64,000 nucleotides of DNA, from the NCBI RefSeq assembly GCF_001447785.1, contig NW_015162475.1, forward strand, positions 434,001-498,000. The letters run 5' to 3'. Shown piece by piece: positions 35,016 to 47,853 of this stretch. How positions within the stretch are numbered: the first letter of the stretch is position 1; each line of letters opens with the position of its first letter. Made by a program: the position numbers and the translations under genes. The notes beneath the pieces are model-generated. The model was given only the letters and a program-made list of their open reading frames with translations, had not been told where the DNA came from and made no database searches. The DNA is from Gekko japonicus. Lineage: Eukaryota.

Positions 35016-38000
35016 TGAAGAAAATATGTAAACTATGTAAAGAAACATCACTACTTCAATGAGTCCATCAAATGACGGAACTACTTAAATTCTCTTTCTC
35101 ACAGGAAACCTTCCCAGATTCTAGTCCAATTCATAATTGAGTCTCTGTCTGCAAATTAAACGGAAACATTTATGCTCAGTATTCTGTGCATAAAAACAGA
35201 GATCACAATGCCAAATGTGTCTCTTAAATCAGGTTAGACCCCTGTAAAGTTAATGAGATTGGCTTAAATCTAATTTAATTGGGGGGAGGTGGATCCTTTT
35301 ACTTGCTTTTCTAAGGCTTTTACTCCAGGCTTTGCTTTAATTTCCTCAAAATAAGAGAATACCTTTCTTTATGAACACCAAGACTCTCAAATAAATTACA
35401 AAATTCCATATGTTAAACAAACACAGTACATTGTAACAGTATAGAAACAAGCAAAAGATGGTATTGATTAAGGGACACAAATCTGCAGAGATTTGGGAAC
35501 ACATTCCTCTGTCTGATGCCTCTATTTAGTGTAGGATTCTTTACCATCACTGTGACTCCAGATAAATGTTCTTTTTTGTACTTTCTTTAATTAACAGAAG
35601 CAGTCATGGTCAACCTCTAGAACTCCTCATAGAGACATTAATGAGTCAGAATATTTTGCCCTAGAGACCTCACATCTCCTAAAACTGCTGGATAGGGATT
35701 CTGAAGGAGAACTCTTGAAGGATAATGATACATTGGACAAACCATGGACCAATGACTGAGGCCTTTTGGATGAGGGGTATGAATCAATCATTCCTGTAAA
35801 GCCTTGCTGTTAGAGAAGGCAAAAGGTGGAATTTGTCACTCCCCATCAGAGTATCAAGCTTCAAATTTCTTGCAAATACACTTGAGGGACAATGCTCTGC
35901 CAGTCTGCAAGTCTCTGGAGGAAAATAAAGTTGAGATTTGGAGTCATTTCTGCTAGTTCCTATGAGATCACCAAGGTCCCACAATACCTAATCTGACTGG
36001 GTAGCTAGTAACTTTCTGTTGGCAACTGACCTGCCCTTTTCTGCCTGCCAATTATTGCTTTATATAAGAAAAAGAATCACTATCATTTTGTGATACTTCT
36101 CTGACAAAAGCAGATAAATCCTCTGATCAAAGAACCTCTGCATTCTACTACAGAGTAGCAAATACATAATTAAAACACTGATCAGTGGTTAAATGATTAG
36201 CTTTGCATTATTATAGACTACCATTATACAGTAGTTGGCAAAAATGTAAATCTGTCATTTACAGTTTGTTCAGCAGTGCTCATACATTTCACATGCCTAC
36301 TGGTATACTGTACAGGGGGAAATGATGGACATAGCAGGTTTTCGTTTCAGAATACAAACATTTCTGCATGCAAATCCTCCTTTAAATCGCCAGACCTTTT
36401 CACATCCTTGAATATGCACAATATTTCAGCAGTAGTACTGCTTGCTGAAGTCTTCAAATTCTTTTGGCCCAATTTCCAGGATGAGGTTGAGCACATGTGG
36501 AATGCAACGCACAGGAATAGCACTGGGAAACAAACCACTGCATAACAGATTTAACAGCTGTTTTCTTTAGCATCACAATATCATTCAGTACCAGAAACAC
36601 TTCAGTGGTGCTTCAATAAATCATGGATCGTGTAGAATAAGCATATCTTTGCTTTTCAGGAAGCACTGAAAAAGTCTCTTCATTCTAAGCAAATTATAAT
36701 TAAAAACAATAAATTGCATGGGTTCTGTATTCCCTGCACCCAGCCGCCATACCTTCTATTCTGATCAAAGCAGAGATTTGGAACGGTCCCCTTTTCCCAA
36801 GGCTAATGGGCATGAAAAATCACTTTAAATTAAGGCCTTTACAACAAGAGAACTATCAACTTAGACAATATCTTGCAAACTTCAGACAAATTGTCTAGCA
36901 TGTTTTATAAATTTAAAATTGTCTGAAATCAGTGGCCTTCCCCCAGTTCTAGATTTGCACCCTCTTGCATACTTCTTTGTTTCAAATACATTCAGTAAAA
37001 CCAACGTATTTTTTAAAAATATTGTACAATGACCGATGTTTAATGCAATCTATACGTTAAAAAAAAAAAGACCCTGCAAGGAGCTAAAGCTCATATAGCT
37101 TAACTCTGTGCTCTGAGGCAGGCCAAATTCTATTTAACAGATGTCTGATACATATGTAACCTGGCCAGAATGTGCCGTGCAGAGATTTGACTATTCTCTT
37201 CTTTAAAAAGCCCCCCTCAAAAGCCTGAGCATCTTTCAAAATTCTACGAAACCAGGGGATCTACTTCTGGAAAAGAAAACTGCTTTGTGCAAACTTGCAA
37301 GCCTCTTTGGATCTCTCTTTTTTTTTAATGTCCAAAAGACGACAGTTACACTTTACAGTAATAACTTGATTCATAGCCAAAAATCTCCTGAATGATGGTT
37401 AGCATCTCACCCCCCCCCCAAATTGTCATAAACTTTCTACAATAGGTCTGCTATGGAAGGTGAGCACGTAAAAGTGTAACCTTGCTTTCCTTTCTTCTTC
37501 ACTACTTCCTCCTCCAGACTGCATCCTGAATGCATGCTGCCTAGTGGGAGACACCAGGAATATAAAATGGGAGACAAATCTTACTGGCAACTGTTCAACA
37601 ATAATAATCAAAACCGGTATTTGCAAGAAAGTAAAGAATTGCTTTCCTTATTCCTGAAATATTACTATGGAATAATCAAACCTGGTGAACAAATAAATAG
37701 GGACTATAAACCTCCAGCTTTCTCATTTTGGCAAATCTTCCTCTCCTGAGTCATTAAAGACCTCTGTATAATCTTTTGGGTGCTTATGAACGAGTCAGGA
37801 AAAGTAAAAACAAAAAACAAAAAAACCCAACCTGTAGTAAAAGCATAGCCCACTACTATAATATGAAACCATACCTTCTGGGATCTGAAATAAATTAGAA
37901 ATTACGAATGAATTTAAGCCAACTCTGTTACTCTTAATGAACTATAAACTTAAAGGTTGGTTGCTGATGGCACTTGAAAGGGTGAGTTTAATTTGGAAAT

Positions 38001-38236
38001 ATACCATGGGAGTTTTGTGCAGCTTAACATTTTACTATTACGTCTTCCTCCAAGGAGCTTGAGCAGCATACATGGTGTTCCCACATGTTCTCAAAACCAG
38101 GTACTGGCCAGGAACCCAGGGCAACCTATCCTCAGAGATGGAACTGTATCAGATGCCCTCAGACCATGCTCCATACATGCTGGGACATTAAAAAACACCT
38201 TTTCATATGTTCAACCTAAATATAAATCATTACAGT

Positions 38237-38446
38237 CAGGGCTATTTTTGGGCAGGAACGCACAGGAACAGAGTTTCGGCTGGCTTCAGAGTTGGCCATG
38301 CCCACTACAGCCAAAACCTCTGTGTGTTGTGCCTGGCTACAGAGGGAAGGCCTGGAGAGTGACCCCCCTGTGACTAATGAACTGTACTGTCAGGGTGTGG
38401 CCTGATATGCTAATGAGTTTCAGCTGTTGGGTGTGGCCTATTATGT
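38237..38446 (+). mobile_element. Short hAT MITE of the 14220 family, right end missing
   Basis: Left TIR CAGGGCTATTTT, GGAACGC..GGCTGGCTT, and GGGTGTGGCCT..TATGCTAATGAG repeats. Confidence 0.75.
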
Positions 38447-38715
38447 GAACAGTTATACACAGGAATTTAGTGGTGTTAATAAAAATTACTGTCTACAAAT
38501 ATCAGGTAGGAGAACAGAGAATAGTACTCACTAATGTTAACTTGACTCTGTGCACCAAGATTTGGTTTATGGTGGTTACATGCTATGATATATTATTCTA
38601 AAGAGTGTAATCACTGGCACTTAGCATGAGTTTGCAAAGAAAATCCAGTAATTTTATTCAAACAGTATCTGTTTTTGTAGCAAATGCTTTAGATGCAATG
38701 GTTTGGGAGCACTGG

Positions 38716-38805
38716 AGTGTAATCCTAAACAGGTATGACTCAGAATCCTACTGGGGGACAAATTCATGGAGCTCACTCCCAGAAAAGTAATTTTAGGATT
38801 GCACT
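38716..38805. mobile_element. Short palindromic MITE
   Basis: AGTGTAATCCTAAA / TTTAGGATTGCACT inverted ends. Confidence 0.55.
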
Positions 38806-39231
38806 GTGATGTTCTCTCATTGTTGAGCTTGGCCAGTGCCTAGAGGGGAGTCAATTGGGATTGCCATGTAATTTTTTTTATTTCTTAAAAATATTTCTGT
38901 GCTGAGTTTGCACCCAACTCAAGGTCCAGAGGGTGGGGACATTCTGAGCATTCTAAACGGGAATGACAAGGACATATGTTTAACAAAAGAATAAAGAACA
39001 GCATTGTGACTTAACAAATCAAAATTGCAGCAGGTGAAAAATGAAAGATACATGTAAATAAATTACTATGTCAAAGAATAGCCTTGTGCCAGAGGCTATG
39101 AGTAGCTACTGTGGTGACGAATAGGCTCATAGGACTGGCTACTAAAGTCTAAGTGTTGGTAATTAAGCCGCAACTTAAGCTTTTGTGGCAGTTTTCTAAC
39201 CACAACCTATGGCTGGCTGAAGAACGTAAGC

Positions 39232-40157
39232 CAGGGGTGTCAAACCCATGGCCCACAGGACAGAACCAGCCCACCCAGGGCTTTAATCTGGCCCGCAAGC
39301 AAGTGGCCAGAGGGAGAGAAGTGAAGGGAACCACCATTTCAGCTACCCTGGGGAGCATGCATTTTGGGGCTCTCTTTCTCCCCCCCAAATGAAATAGATG
39401 GGGCCAAATACCCCCGTCTTTTCCCATGCAAATACCACCCCCTCATTATTTGGGTCCTCCTCCCCCTCACCTTGCTACTGTGCGTCTGTGTGGGTGTGAA
39501 ACAAATTTTGAGTCCAGTGGCATCTTAAGACCAATGAAGTTTTCTTAAAGATATGAGCTTTCCTGTGCCTTGCCATTCTCTTCTCTCTGTTCTGTTGGGC
39601 TCGTTATGCTGCAGTTCTCCCGGGTGCAACTGGGTCTGCTTCCCCCTCCCATACCTCTTCCCCTTGCAACTGTGTGCACATCTGTGTGTGCAAAGCAACG
39701 TTTGGGTCTAGTGGCATCTAAGTTTTCTTCAAGGTATGAGCTTTCATGTGCCTTGTTTTGTTGACTTGGTTATGCCATGGCTCTTCTGGGTGCAACTGAG
39801 TCTTCCCTCCCCTCCCGTTCCTTTTCATTGTATTCATGCCTGCCTCATAGGAATTGTAGTTATTTTTCTGGGGAAGGCTATAGTTTTGTAGACAAACACT
39901 CCAGTTTAGTTTTGTAGAATCCCCACTCCAGAAAGCATGGGGGCATCAGCAAGAAAATATTACAAGAGTGTTAATGTTTTCAGCATGTTTGTATTTTAAG
40001 TAAAAAATAATATATTTAATTATGTTTGTCTGTGTCCTTTATAAAGTTTATATTTCTGCTACCTGGCATTACAGTTTTATGACACACATGGCCTGGACCG
40101 ACAAGGTCCCATTTATATCAGATCCAGCCCTCATAACAAATGAGTTTGACACTCTTG
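39232..40157 (+). mobile_element. Non-autonomous hAT (Charlie-like) element
   Basis: TIRs CAGGGGTGTCAAAC / GTTTGACACTCTTG, subterminal GGCCC motifs, decayed 8-bp flanks ACGTAAGC / GCTTAAAC. Confidence 0.75.
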
Positions 40158-41640
40158 GCTTAAACTAACAGTGCTTTGGCACAACAACGCTATACCACAC
40201 AGGCAGGAGTGATGGGAACAGGGTTTTTTCCTGCAATGGTGGCCTGGGCAAAGGTTTTTGCAATTGGTGTCTACTTTGTGCCATTTTGATCCTATTCAGC
40301 TCCCAGGCATCAACAGCTCAAAATAATGAAAAAACAAGATCTTTTGTTTTTTGATTACAGCTTATTTCCAAAAACAATCAAGTTCAAATGTTTGCTTTAA
40401 AAAAAAAATCAGGACAGCAATGGTAGGGAAAAACTTTGAAGAGTATGATATCCAAGAATAGTATTTTATCAGAATAGGTCACAACGAATTGTTTTAGCTG
40501 CAAAATCACCCACACAGCTTAACTGGAATGATACCAGGAAGGACAGCCTTTTGTCAAGAATAAATATGTTCTAAGTAGTTTTTTAAAAGAAAAAAACAGG
40601 AAAAAACCCCTCCACAGCTTGCCAGAAATTTTTCTTTCTGACACAGAACTGCAATTCCAACTGGCCTCAGCAGAAACCACACCAATTTATCAAAGAAAAG
40701 GATTTGATTGGCAAAGAATGTTTAAACTTCTCTGCTCAACACAAGGCCTAGCTTATTCTCCCTTAAAAATGCCATCTCCTTGCCAGTAAGAAAACTTTTA
40801 CAGAAGGTCTTTAACAACGGTAGTCCTTTTGTGCTTCAAGCAGATAAACTGACATCATTTCGAGTTCTGTATCTGATTCAGCAGGCTGACCTAAAAAGCA
40901 GAATGCAGCAGTGGCCTCAACATCTATTTTTACTGGGGAATAAGACAAACACATTATTTTTCTTCATTTGGTTACAAAATAGACTATTGTGCTGGTGTAT
41001 AGTTCATAATGAGGTGTTTGAGAGGATAAGGTTGTTGGTCACTGCATGAGAAGGCCCCCAGAAGACCAAGAATATTACAAGAGAAGCTCTGAAAAATAGC
41101 GGTTTCCCAATAATTACCTATTTAAAATATATTCCATGGAAATATAGCTATAGGTTTTCTACAGAGAGCTTTGGCTTTGCATAATGTGTGGTACTGAATT
41201 TAATACTTCAGAGTAGCCTATACTTTAGGGTAATGGAACTAACACTACATCATATGTGATGATGGAAAACCAACAAAAGCACAGACAGAAAAGACAAAGT
41301 AAATGCCAACTGATCTGATAGACTTTTTCTTCTCAGTTATTTTCAAAGAGTTCAAGATTGGATCAGCCCTTTTTACTTAAACCAATATACCCTGTGGGCT
41401 TTATTCTGACTTTCACAGATTTACATGTAAATATGCTTTGTTTCTTAATGCTGAGGTCCATAAAACCACAGCAGTGTGCAATATACTTAACATCTTACTT
41501 CTCCATAGGCTTTGGAAGTGTGTGGCTTCTGCCACAATACAGAGACATGTGGAATGAGTGCCCCTAGCAGGCCTTTGACCTTGAAAGAGTATCCTCTGCC
41601 ACACCAATTGCTACATTTTAAACTCAAGGGAGTTTACATT

Positions 41641-42616
41641 TGTGTCAGACTGCAATATTTAAAAAGCTTAGAAGTGCTGTGTAAACAGATAAAGGACTGT
41701 GAAGGGTTAATTCTTCATAGAGCCTTGAGTGACAAACTGTTCCAAGAGATCTGATTGGTTAGTATCTGCTGAGCAGAGAAAGACTTCTGAACTGGATGCT
41801 GAGGAGCATTCAGTCTGATTTCAGCCCTAGCTGAGAACAGTTGAGTACTGACAGTTTTGGAATTCAGCCTTAGCTGAGAACATTTTAACACAGACAGGAG
41901 AACTGGGGGAAAGTTGACAAGGAAGTTTGGGAAGTAGGAGAAAACTCCCATTCTGGCCAAAGAAAGGGGATAGATCTTTTAGTGAGAGGAGAATTTCCCT
42001 ATCCAACCAAATAGGGAGTAAGCTCTGAAGAGTGCAGAGATCCCTGGTCTGGTGTGGTTAGAAACTGTCTGAGAAACCTTAAGACTCAGTTAAAAACTCA
42101 AGACGAGTACTGGTGTTTCAAGAGAAGGGGTTTGGGTACTGGAAAGAGCCTTCTGGAAACCAAAAGAGTCAGAGAATACTCAAAGAAAGTGTACTGAGGT
42201 GTTTGGGGAAAATACTGGAACAAAAGCCTTTCAACATAAAGATTTAAGTCACTTTGAAAAGCTTAAGAAACTCTCATTAGCCTAAAACATAAGAACTAAA
42301 GTCTGTTCATGTACTGGTTTTACCTCAGAAATTTCAACCCCTGATTTCACCTAACCTTTCCACTCTTATGTAAAATAAAATACTTTGTTATTTTTGAATT
42401 TCAAAACACCTCAAGTGCCATTTAAGTTGTTTAAGTTAAAGTGGGCGCCTGATCCTTCCCTCAGGTTCCTGGGCTGAGCCAACAGCTAAAATATTGTACT
42501 GTGACAGGGTGGGACAGAATTCTTCTGGAAAGAAGAAAACATATTACTAGGGTGGCTCAGTCAGAAAGGCAAATCTTGCCTCTGAGGGATGGAAGTGGAC
42601 GGGGGCCGTCATAACA
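41641..42616 (+). mobile_element. Solo LTR
   Basis: TG start and ...GTCATAACA end, CTGATTGG (reverse CCAAT), duplicated 20-mer TTCAGCCYTAGCTGAGAACA (41820, 41863), AATAAA near 42374. ACATT occurs at both boundaries, so the exact end is ambiguous. Homologous to 29132-30995. Confidence 0.7.
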
Positions 42617-42804
42617 TTACTTGCAAAGAAATTGAGAGTGTCTACTTATGAGCAGAAATCTGAAAAGTATCAAGTGCGCAAGCTATCAGACCCATACAAC
42701 TTGTGACCCACTGGGCCCAATACAGTCATTGTATCCCTTCCCACTGCTGTTCTCAGCCTCTTACCCTCCAGAAGCTGCCACTCAGTTGTAGAAGTACAAA
42801 CATC

Positions 42805-43006
42805 CAGTGTTCCCTCTAAGCTGAGTTAGTGTGAGCTAGCTCACAGTTTTTTAGCCTCTGGCTCACACACTTTTGTCTTAGTTCAGGAAGGCTCCAGAGC
42901 AAGTTAATTTATGCAGTAGCCAGATCGCTCACTCACAACTTTAATGCCAGTAGCTCACGAAGTAGAATTTTTGTTCACAAGACTCCACACCTTAGAAGGA
43001 ACATTG
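42805..43006 (+). mobile_element. hAT MITE, copy 1
   Basis: TIRs CAGTGTTCCCTCTAAG / CTTAGAAGGAACATTG; 8-bp TSD CAAACATC / CAAGCATC. Confidence 0.9.
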
Positions 43007-43274
43007 CAAGCATCCCTCCTATACCAACACCTTCTGTTAAATCCAGGGATTCCACCACTCACATACAATAAGTATGAATTTCCTTCTACAATTTAAAAAA
43101 TGGTAACTAATTCAGGAATGTCACTGTACAGAACTTCAACTTCAAAGACTCACAGAGGTTCTAGCCAAAATTTGGTGATCCACAATAGGGTTGCTCTGTA
43201 CAAATAATAGCAGTTATAACAGAGACTGGGCACAGACCCAGCATTCTAGCATCTGTGAAACCTGATGGCTGCTA

Positions 43275-43726
43275 GAAGAAGGAGGAGGAGTCTCAGAGCA
43301 GCTTACAACCTCTTTTCCCTTCCCCGCACCACAACAGACACCCTGTGTCCCTCTAAGCTGAGTTAGTGTGAGCTAGCTCACAGTTTTTTAGCCTCCGGCT
43401 CACACATTTTTGTCTTCGCTCAGGGAGGATCGCTCCAGAGCAAACTAATTCATGCAGTAGCCAAATCACTCGCTCACAACGTTAATGCCGGTAGCTCACA
43501 AAGTAGATTTTTTGCTCACAAGACTCCACAGCTTAGAGGAAACATTGCCTGTGAGGTAGGTGGGACTGAGAGAGTTCATTCAAAAACTGCTCATGAGAGA
43601 ACAGCTCTGAAAGAACTTATGAATGACCCAAGGTCACACCAGCAGCTGCATGTAGAGGAGTGAGGAATCAAACCCGATTCTCCCAGATTAGCGTCTACGC
43701 TCCTAACCACTACATCAAACTAGCTC
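43275..43726 (-). mobile_element. tRNA-derived SINE (9033 family) split by a hAT MITE
   Basis: SINE sequence resumes at CCTGTGAGGTAGG after the insertion. Confidence 0.85.
43348..43547 (+). mobile_element. hAT MITE, copy 2 (left tip deleted)
   Basis: Highly similar to 42805-43006; CCTGTG duplicated on both sides. Confidence 0.9.
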
Positions 43727-45908
43727 TCTCTCTCTCTACCTGCTGGATTGTTTTGCCTGCAGTTGCATTTACTTTATCCTTAGTTATGGTTTATAGATAG
43801 AAATAGACGAAAATAAGTAATGCTTCTTTGGACTTTGGATAGTATGGATATCATTTAAAAAATGATCATAGATGAAAATTGCTGGTACTGTTCGATATTT
43901 TCTATTGCTGTGTTGTGGCTGTATTCTACAACACATCTCTTTGATCACTACAACCAGCTTTAATCTCAGTATTCTAAATATCTCATCTTTAATATATCTG
44001 AGATGCAGTTAGACTGAACAACAGGGCTGGCTCAAGGTGAAAAAGTGAGGTTCACAACTGAAATGAGATCTGAATGTGTTTATGTTCCAGTCTAGCTATG
44101 TTCCACATTCTAGCTACTACACCCAATAGTACGTTACTAGTGGCTGTATTTTCAACAGACAGCTTCCATTTATGCTTCTTCTTCCCAGCAGTATGATCTG
44201 ATACCAGTCAGCCACATCCTGTGCCAGCTGAAAACAGCTAAGTGTCTTACAAGCATCCTATCTGATGCAGACAAAGGAGCCTTAATGTCCTGGTCAGAAA
44301 GGTGTGTCTCCTAACCCTCCACTTTTTGTTTATAAATATCCAGTCTGATGAAAAGGTTCTTGAGAATTTGAAAGCTTGCACAATGTGTTAAGTTATTTTT
44401 GAACTATCTCAGAGATAGGGCATATCAAAAAGAAATTAAAAAGATGAAGTCATTTTATTCATGAGAAATTTCATTTAGTTTAAAAAGTTAAAAAGTATCG
44501 GGGTCACATATAACCTTTAAATAACAACATATTATATATTCTTTGTTACCCCAACCAAAGTCATTTTAGAAAACAGAGCAGATTTATGAACTTCTTAAAG
44601 TTTTCATAAACATACTTTTTCTGTGGCTTTAAGAAACCAGCTTGTGCATCAGGTGCAGTGGGATTACATTTGGCTGCAATCGCCCAAAGAAAACAAACTG
44701 TGCAGAAAATATACAGAGACAAATATGGTCATCAGTGAAAATACTATTTGCCCGTTATTTTCACTGAACGCTGACATCAACATTATTAATCATTGGTGAC
44801 TACTTACACTTTAGCTGCACATATTAAAATTTAATGCTTTTAACGCAAAGAGCCAGCCATAGGATTCCACAGAGTTGCTAATGTGTAGATCCCAACTGTA
44901 CTTAAGAGTAAGAGAAGGAGGAGGAGGACTTGGAATTGTAGAACTGCCAGCTAAATTTCATAGTCCAAACAACCAATAAGTCCCACGTCTCCAATGGGAT
45001 TTTTAAAAAATGCATTATGCATGACTTTTTCCTTTTTAAATTATTCATTTTTTAAAATGTTGTTCCCATTTTAATGCTCTCATTGCTTCATTGTCTTGTG
45101 CTTGCTAGCAGACATACCAATGGAGTGTTTATTCATTGAGCAAATAGATGTCTTTCCACTATACAGCATCCTTATTCATCTTGCTGCCCCTATCAACTTT
45201 TTACTCAAGGGAATATCAGTCCACATGCGATGTAGCAAGCTAAAGGAAGTTAAATATGTTCTCTCTGTAATCTCTCTCTGTAATCACTAGGATATGCCAG
45301 TTGGCCCTCTCCTCTGAGAAATCAGAACTTTGCACTGGGTAAAGACTCAGACAAGGATGCTCTACTTGTATCTGGGTCTAAGTCTTAGCTTTGTCTGATT
45401 TCATATTCATGATATCATACAATACACTTCTAACATAAAGCCTGAAAGTATAAGTAAACGTATCCGATAACCAATAAAGGTAGCCGAGCCTCCAGGCCAT
45501 AAAGAGGACAGAACTAACAATCTCCAGCTTCAAAAATATCCCTCAGATTTGCAGGGCTTGTTTACCATACTGTGACATTTGGCCAAGGGGGACTCTGCCA
45601 GTGCAACAGACTACTTTTTAAGTTTGTAATCACTGATTATTACAACCCATAGCTCTCCTTGAACTCTTGAAGCACATGATTTTTTTCCGAAGCATGCCAG
45701 ATTTTTCTTTCATTACAAGATTTTAATTTTTCTTTCATTACATTTTTAAAAAGTAATCTAACATGAGACTTATAAACAAGCGGGTCCTGACAAGGGGTCT
45801 ATCATACATATGCCTCTTCAATTGAAGCCTAAAAGATCTGGTTTGCAACTTCACAGTATCAGTTCTAGCTCACATCATTAGGATGTGGAGGAATGAAAGC
45901 AGTTAGGA

Positions 45909-45939
45909 NNNNNNNNNNNNNNNNNNNNNNNNNNNNNNN
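45909..45939. other. Assembly gap (31 N)
   Basis: Run of n. Confidence 1.
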
Positions 45940-47853
45940 AGATTACTATAATAGCCAGAAGAATCTCTACCAGTGAGGCATTGTATCAAATTAATACCCC
46001 AAATCCCAAACTCTCACACTGTGATGTTTCACTTGGGAAATCATTGTACTACTCTTGCTAGTTCTTTCCTATGCTGCACAATATACTTGCCTGTAGGGAC
46101 ATAATAACAATTACAATTTCCCCCAGGTTTTCATATGTCAAAGAAACTCCCGGTGCCATTCCCTTGCACCCACATAAATTCTAGCTGAGTTGAAGGTGAT
46201 TTTGCACTGGGCCTCTTACCTCCATCCCCAAACAGTTCTTCATCGCTTTCCCTCTCCCTCATTAGTCTTCTGTAAAATAACCCAGTAAGTTCTTTGGAGG
46301 TAAGAACCAAATTTTGTAACATAATGAAGTGCTGGGTGCTTACTGCATATTAAGGGTACTAAAAACCACCATGACTTCTAAGCATGCTATACTGGTACCT
46401 ACAGAATGAGAAGTGGAATAAGGCTGGCAATTACTTTAACAAGTAATAAGACACCCCCCAAGAGTTTTGAGAAATATATTCTATTCTAATGTTTCTGCCC
46501 CAACATTTTCCAGTTTGCTATATTTGGGGAAACTAGAATACTTCATCATGTGTTGAAAGATATATGCCAAGTTCAATACAAGGAACCAGAACATTAAATT
46601 TCAAATCTTTGGCAGTAGGTACTGCAGGAGTGCAGCTTGGACAGGAATTGCATCACCATTTTGTGTCTGAGTTTTAATACCTACACATTAAAAGAAAAAC
46701 ATTTTATAAACCCTCAAAGCAAACACTTATGGCTGAATCACCATGTTCTTGCATCTACTTCATTAAGGTTTGAATCAAAGACATTTCTGGTGACTTGTGC
46801 CCTCAGAAAATGTAAGTTCTTAGCACACTGAACTATACACTTTAGGAACACTGTAAGAATAAAAGCTGCCTTGTTCCACAAGGAAAGACAGGATATAGAT
46901 ATTTTAATAAAATAAAAATTTTAAAAACTCTGAAATGGAACAAATTAATTTCTTAAAAATGAAGTTTCCAGTCTTATACACAAATGCTAAACTTAAATAA
47001 CCTTAGTTGTACCAATAATGAATGTTACTTCACAGCCTGGAAAGATATGAAACCACACTCAGACTGCTACACAAAGGGCAGGTAAGCAATCCCCCTATGC
47101 TTTTGGAAAGTGTAAGGATCTGACCTGGTTGTCCACATATAAATCCAGTAGGTATCACTGCAACATACTTGATTAATATTGCATTCCAATGTTCATATTC
47201 TACCACTTCCATCTCTATAGTTTACTGCTAATGTCTATGCTGTAAAATGAAAACAATGACATATTTAACAAATGGATTGTATTACAAAAAAAGAAAGACT
47301 GAAGATACTGCAAGTTTTCAGTTGTTCTCATACTCACGGGGATACCTACAAATGTTTCGAAATTGTTGGGAATATGTGGTACAAATCCCCTGCTGAAGCT
47401 GAGCTAGTCCCTAGAATCATCATGGGGACTAATCAAGAAACCGTGATTTATGTTTTTTTTAGAATAAATACCATGGACACAGCAATAATTGAGCATTCAT
47501 TGGGATTACAACTGTTTTTATAATAATCTTTATAAGCATAGGCCATTTTTCTATAGTGCTTCAGATATTCCTCTTTTGCCCTCGGTTTACTTTTCTTGAT
47601 ATTTGATTATTTTTCCATTCTTCTATTCTATTCTGTATTCAGTGATCATTGTCAAAAATATAACCATGTACAAATGAGTAACAGAAACAGACTAAGACTA
47701 CTACATGAAATCTCCAAAATCATAGAGTAAAAAGTTGGGGTTGTCCACAGGAGAATTAAGTTATTTGAGAACCTAAATAAGTCAACCCATGATAGTTACA
47801 TATGCGGAATTGTTTAAAAAAGGATCAACATTTAGTAAACAGACTGACTTTTT

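Noticed and set aside
44340-44390. Penelope-like short remnant (also ~61480-61530)
   Set aside because: Too short and degenerate to call reliably.
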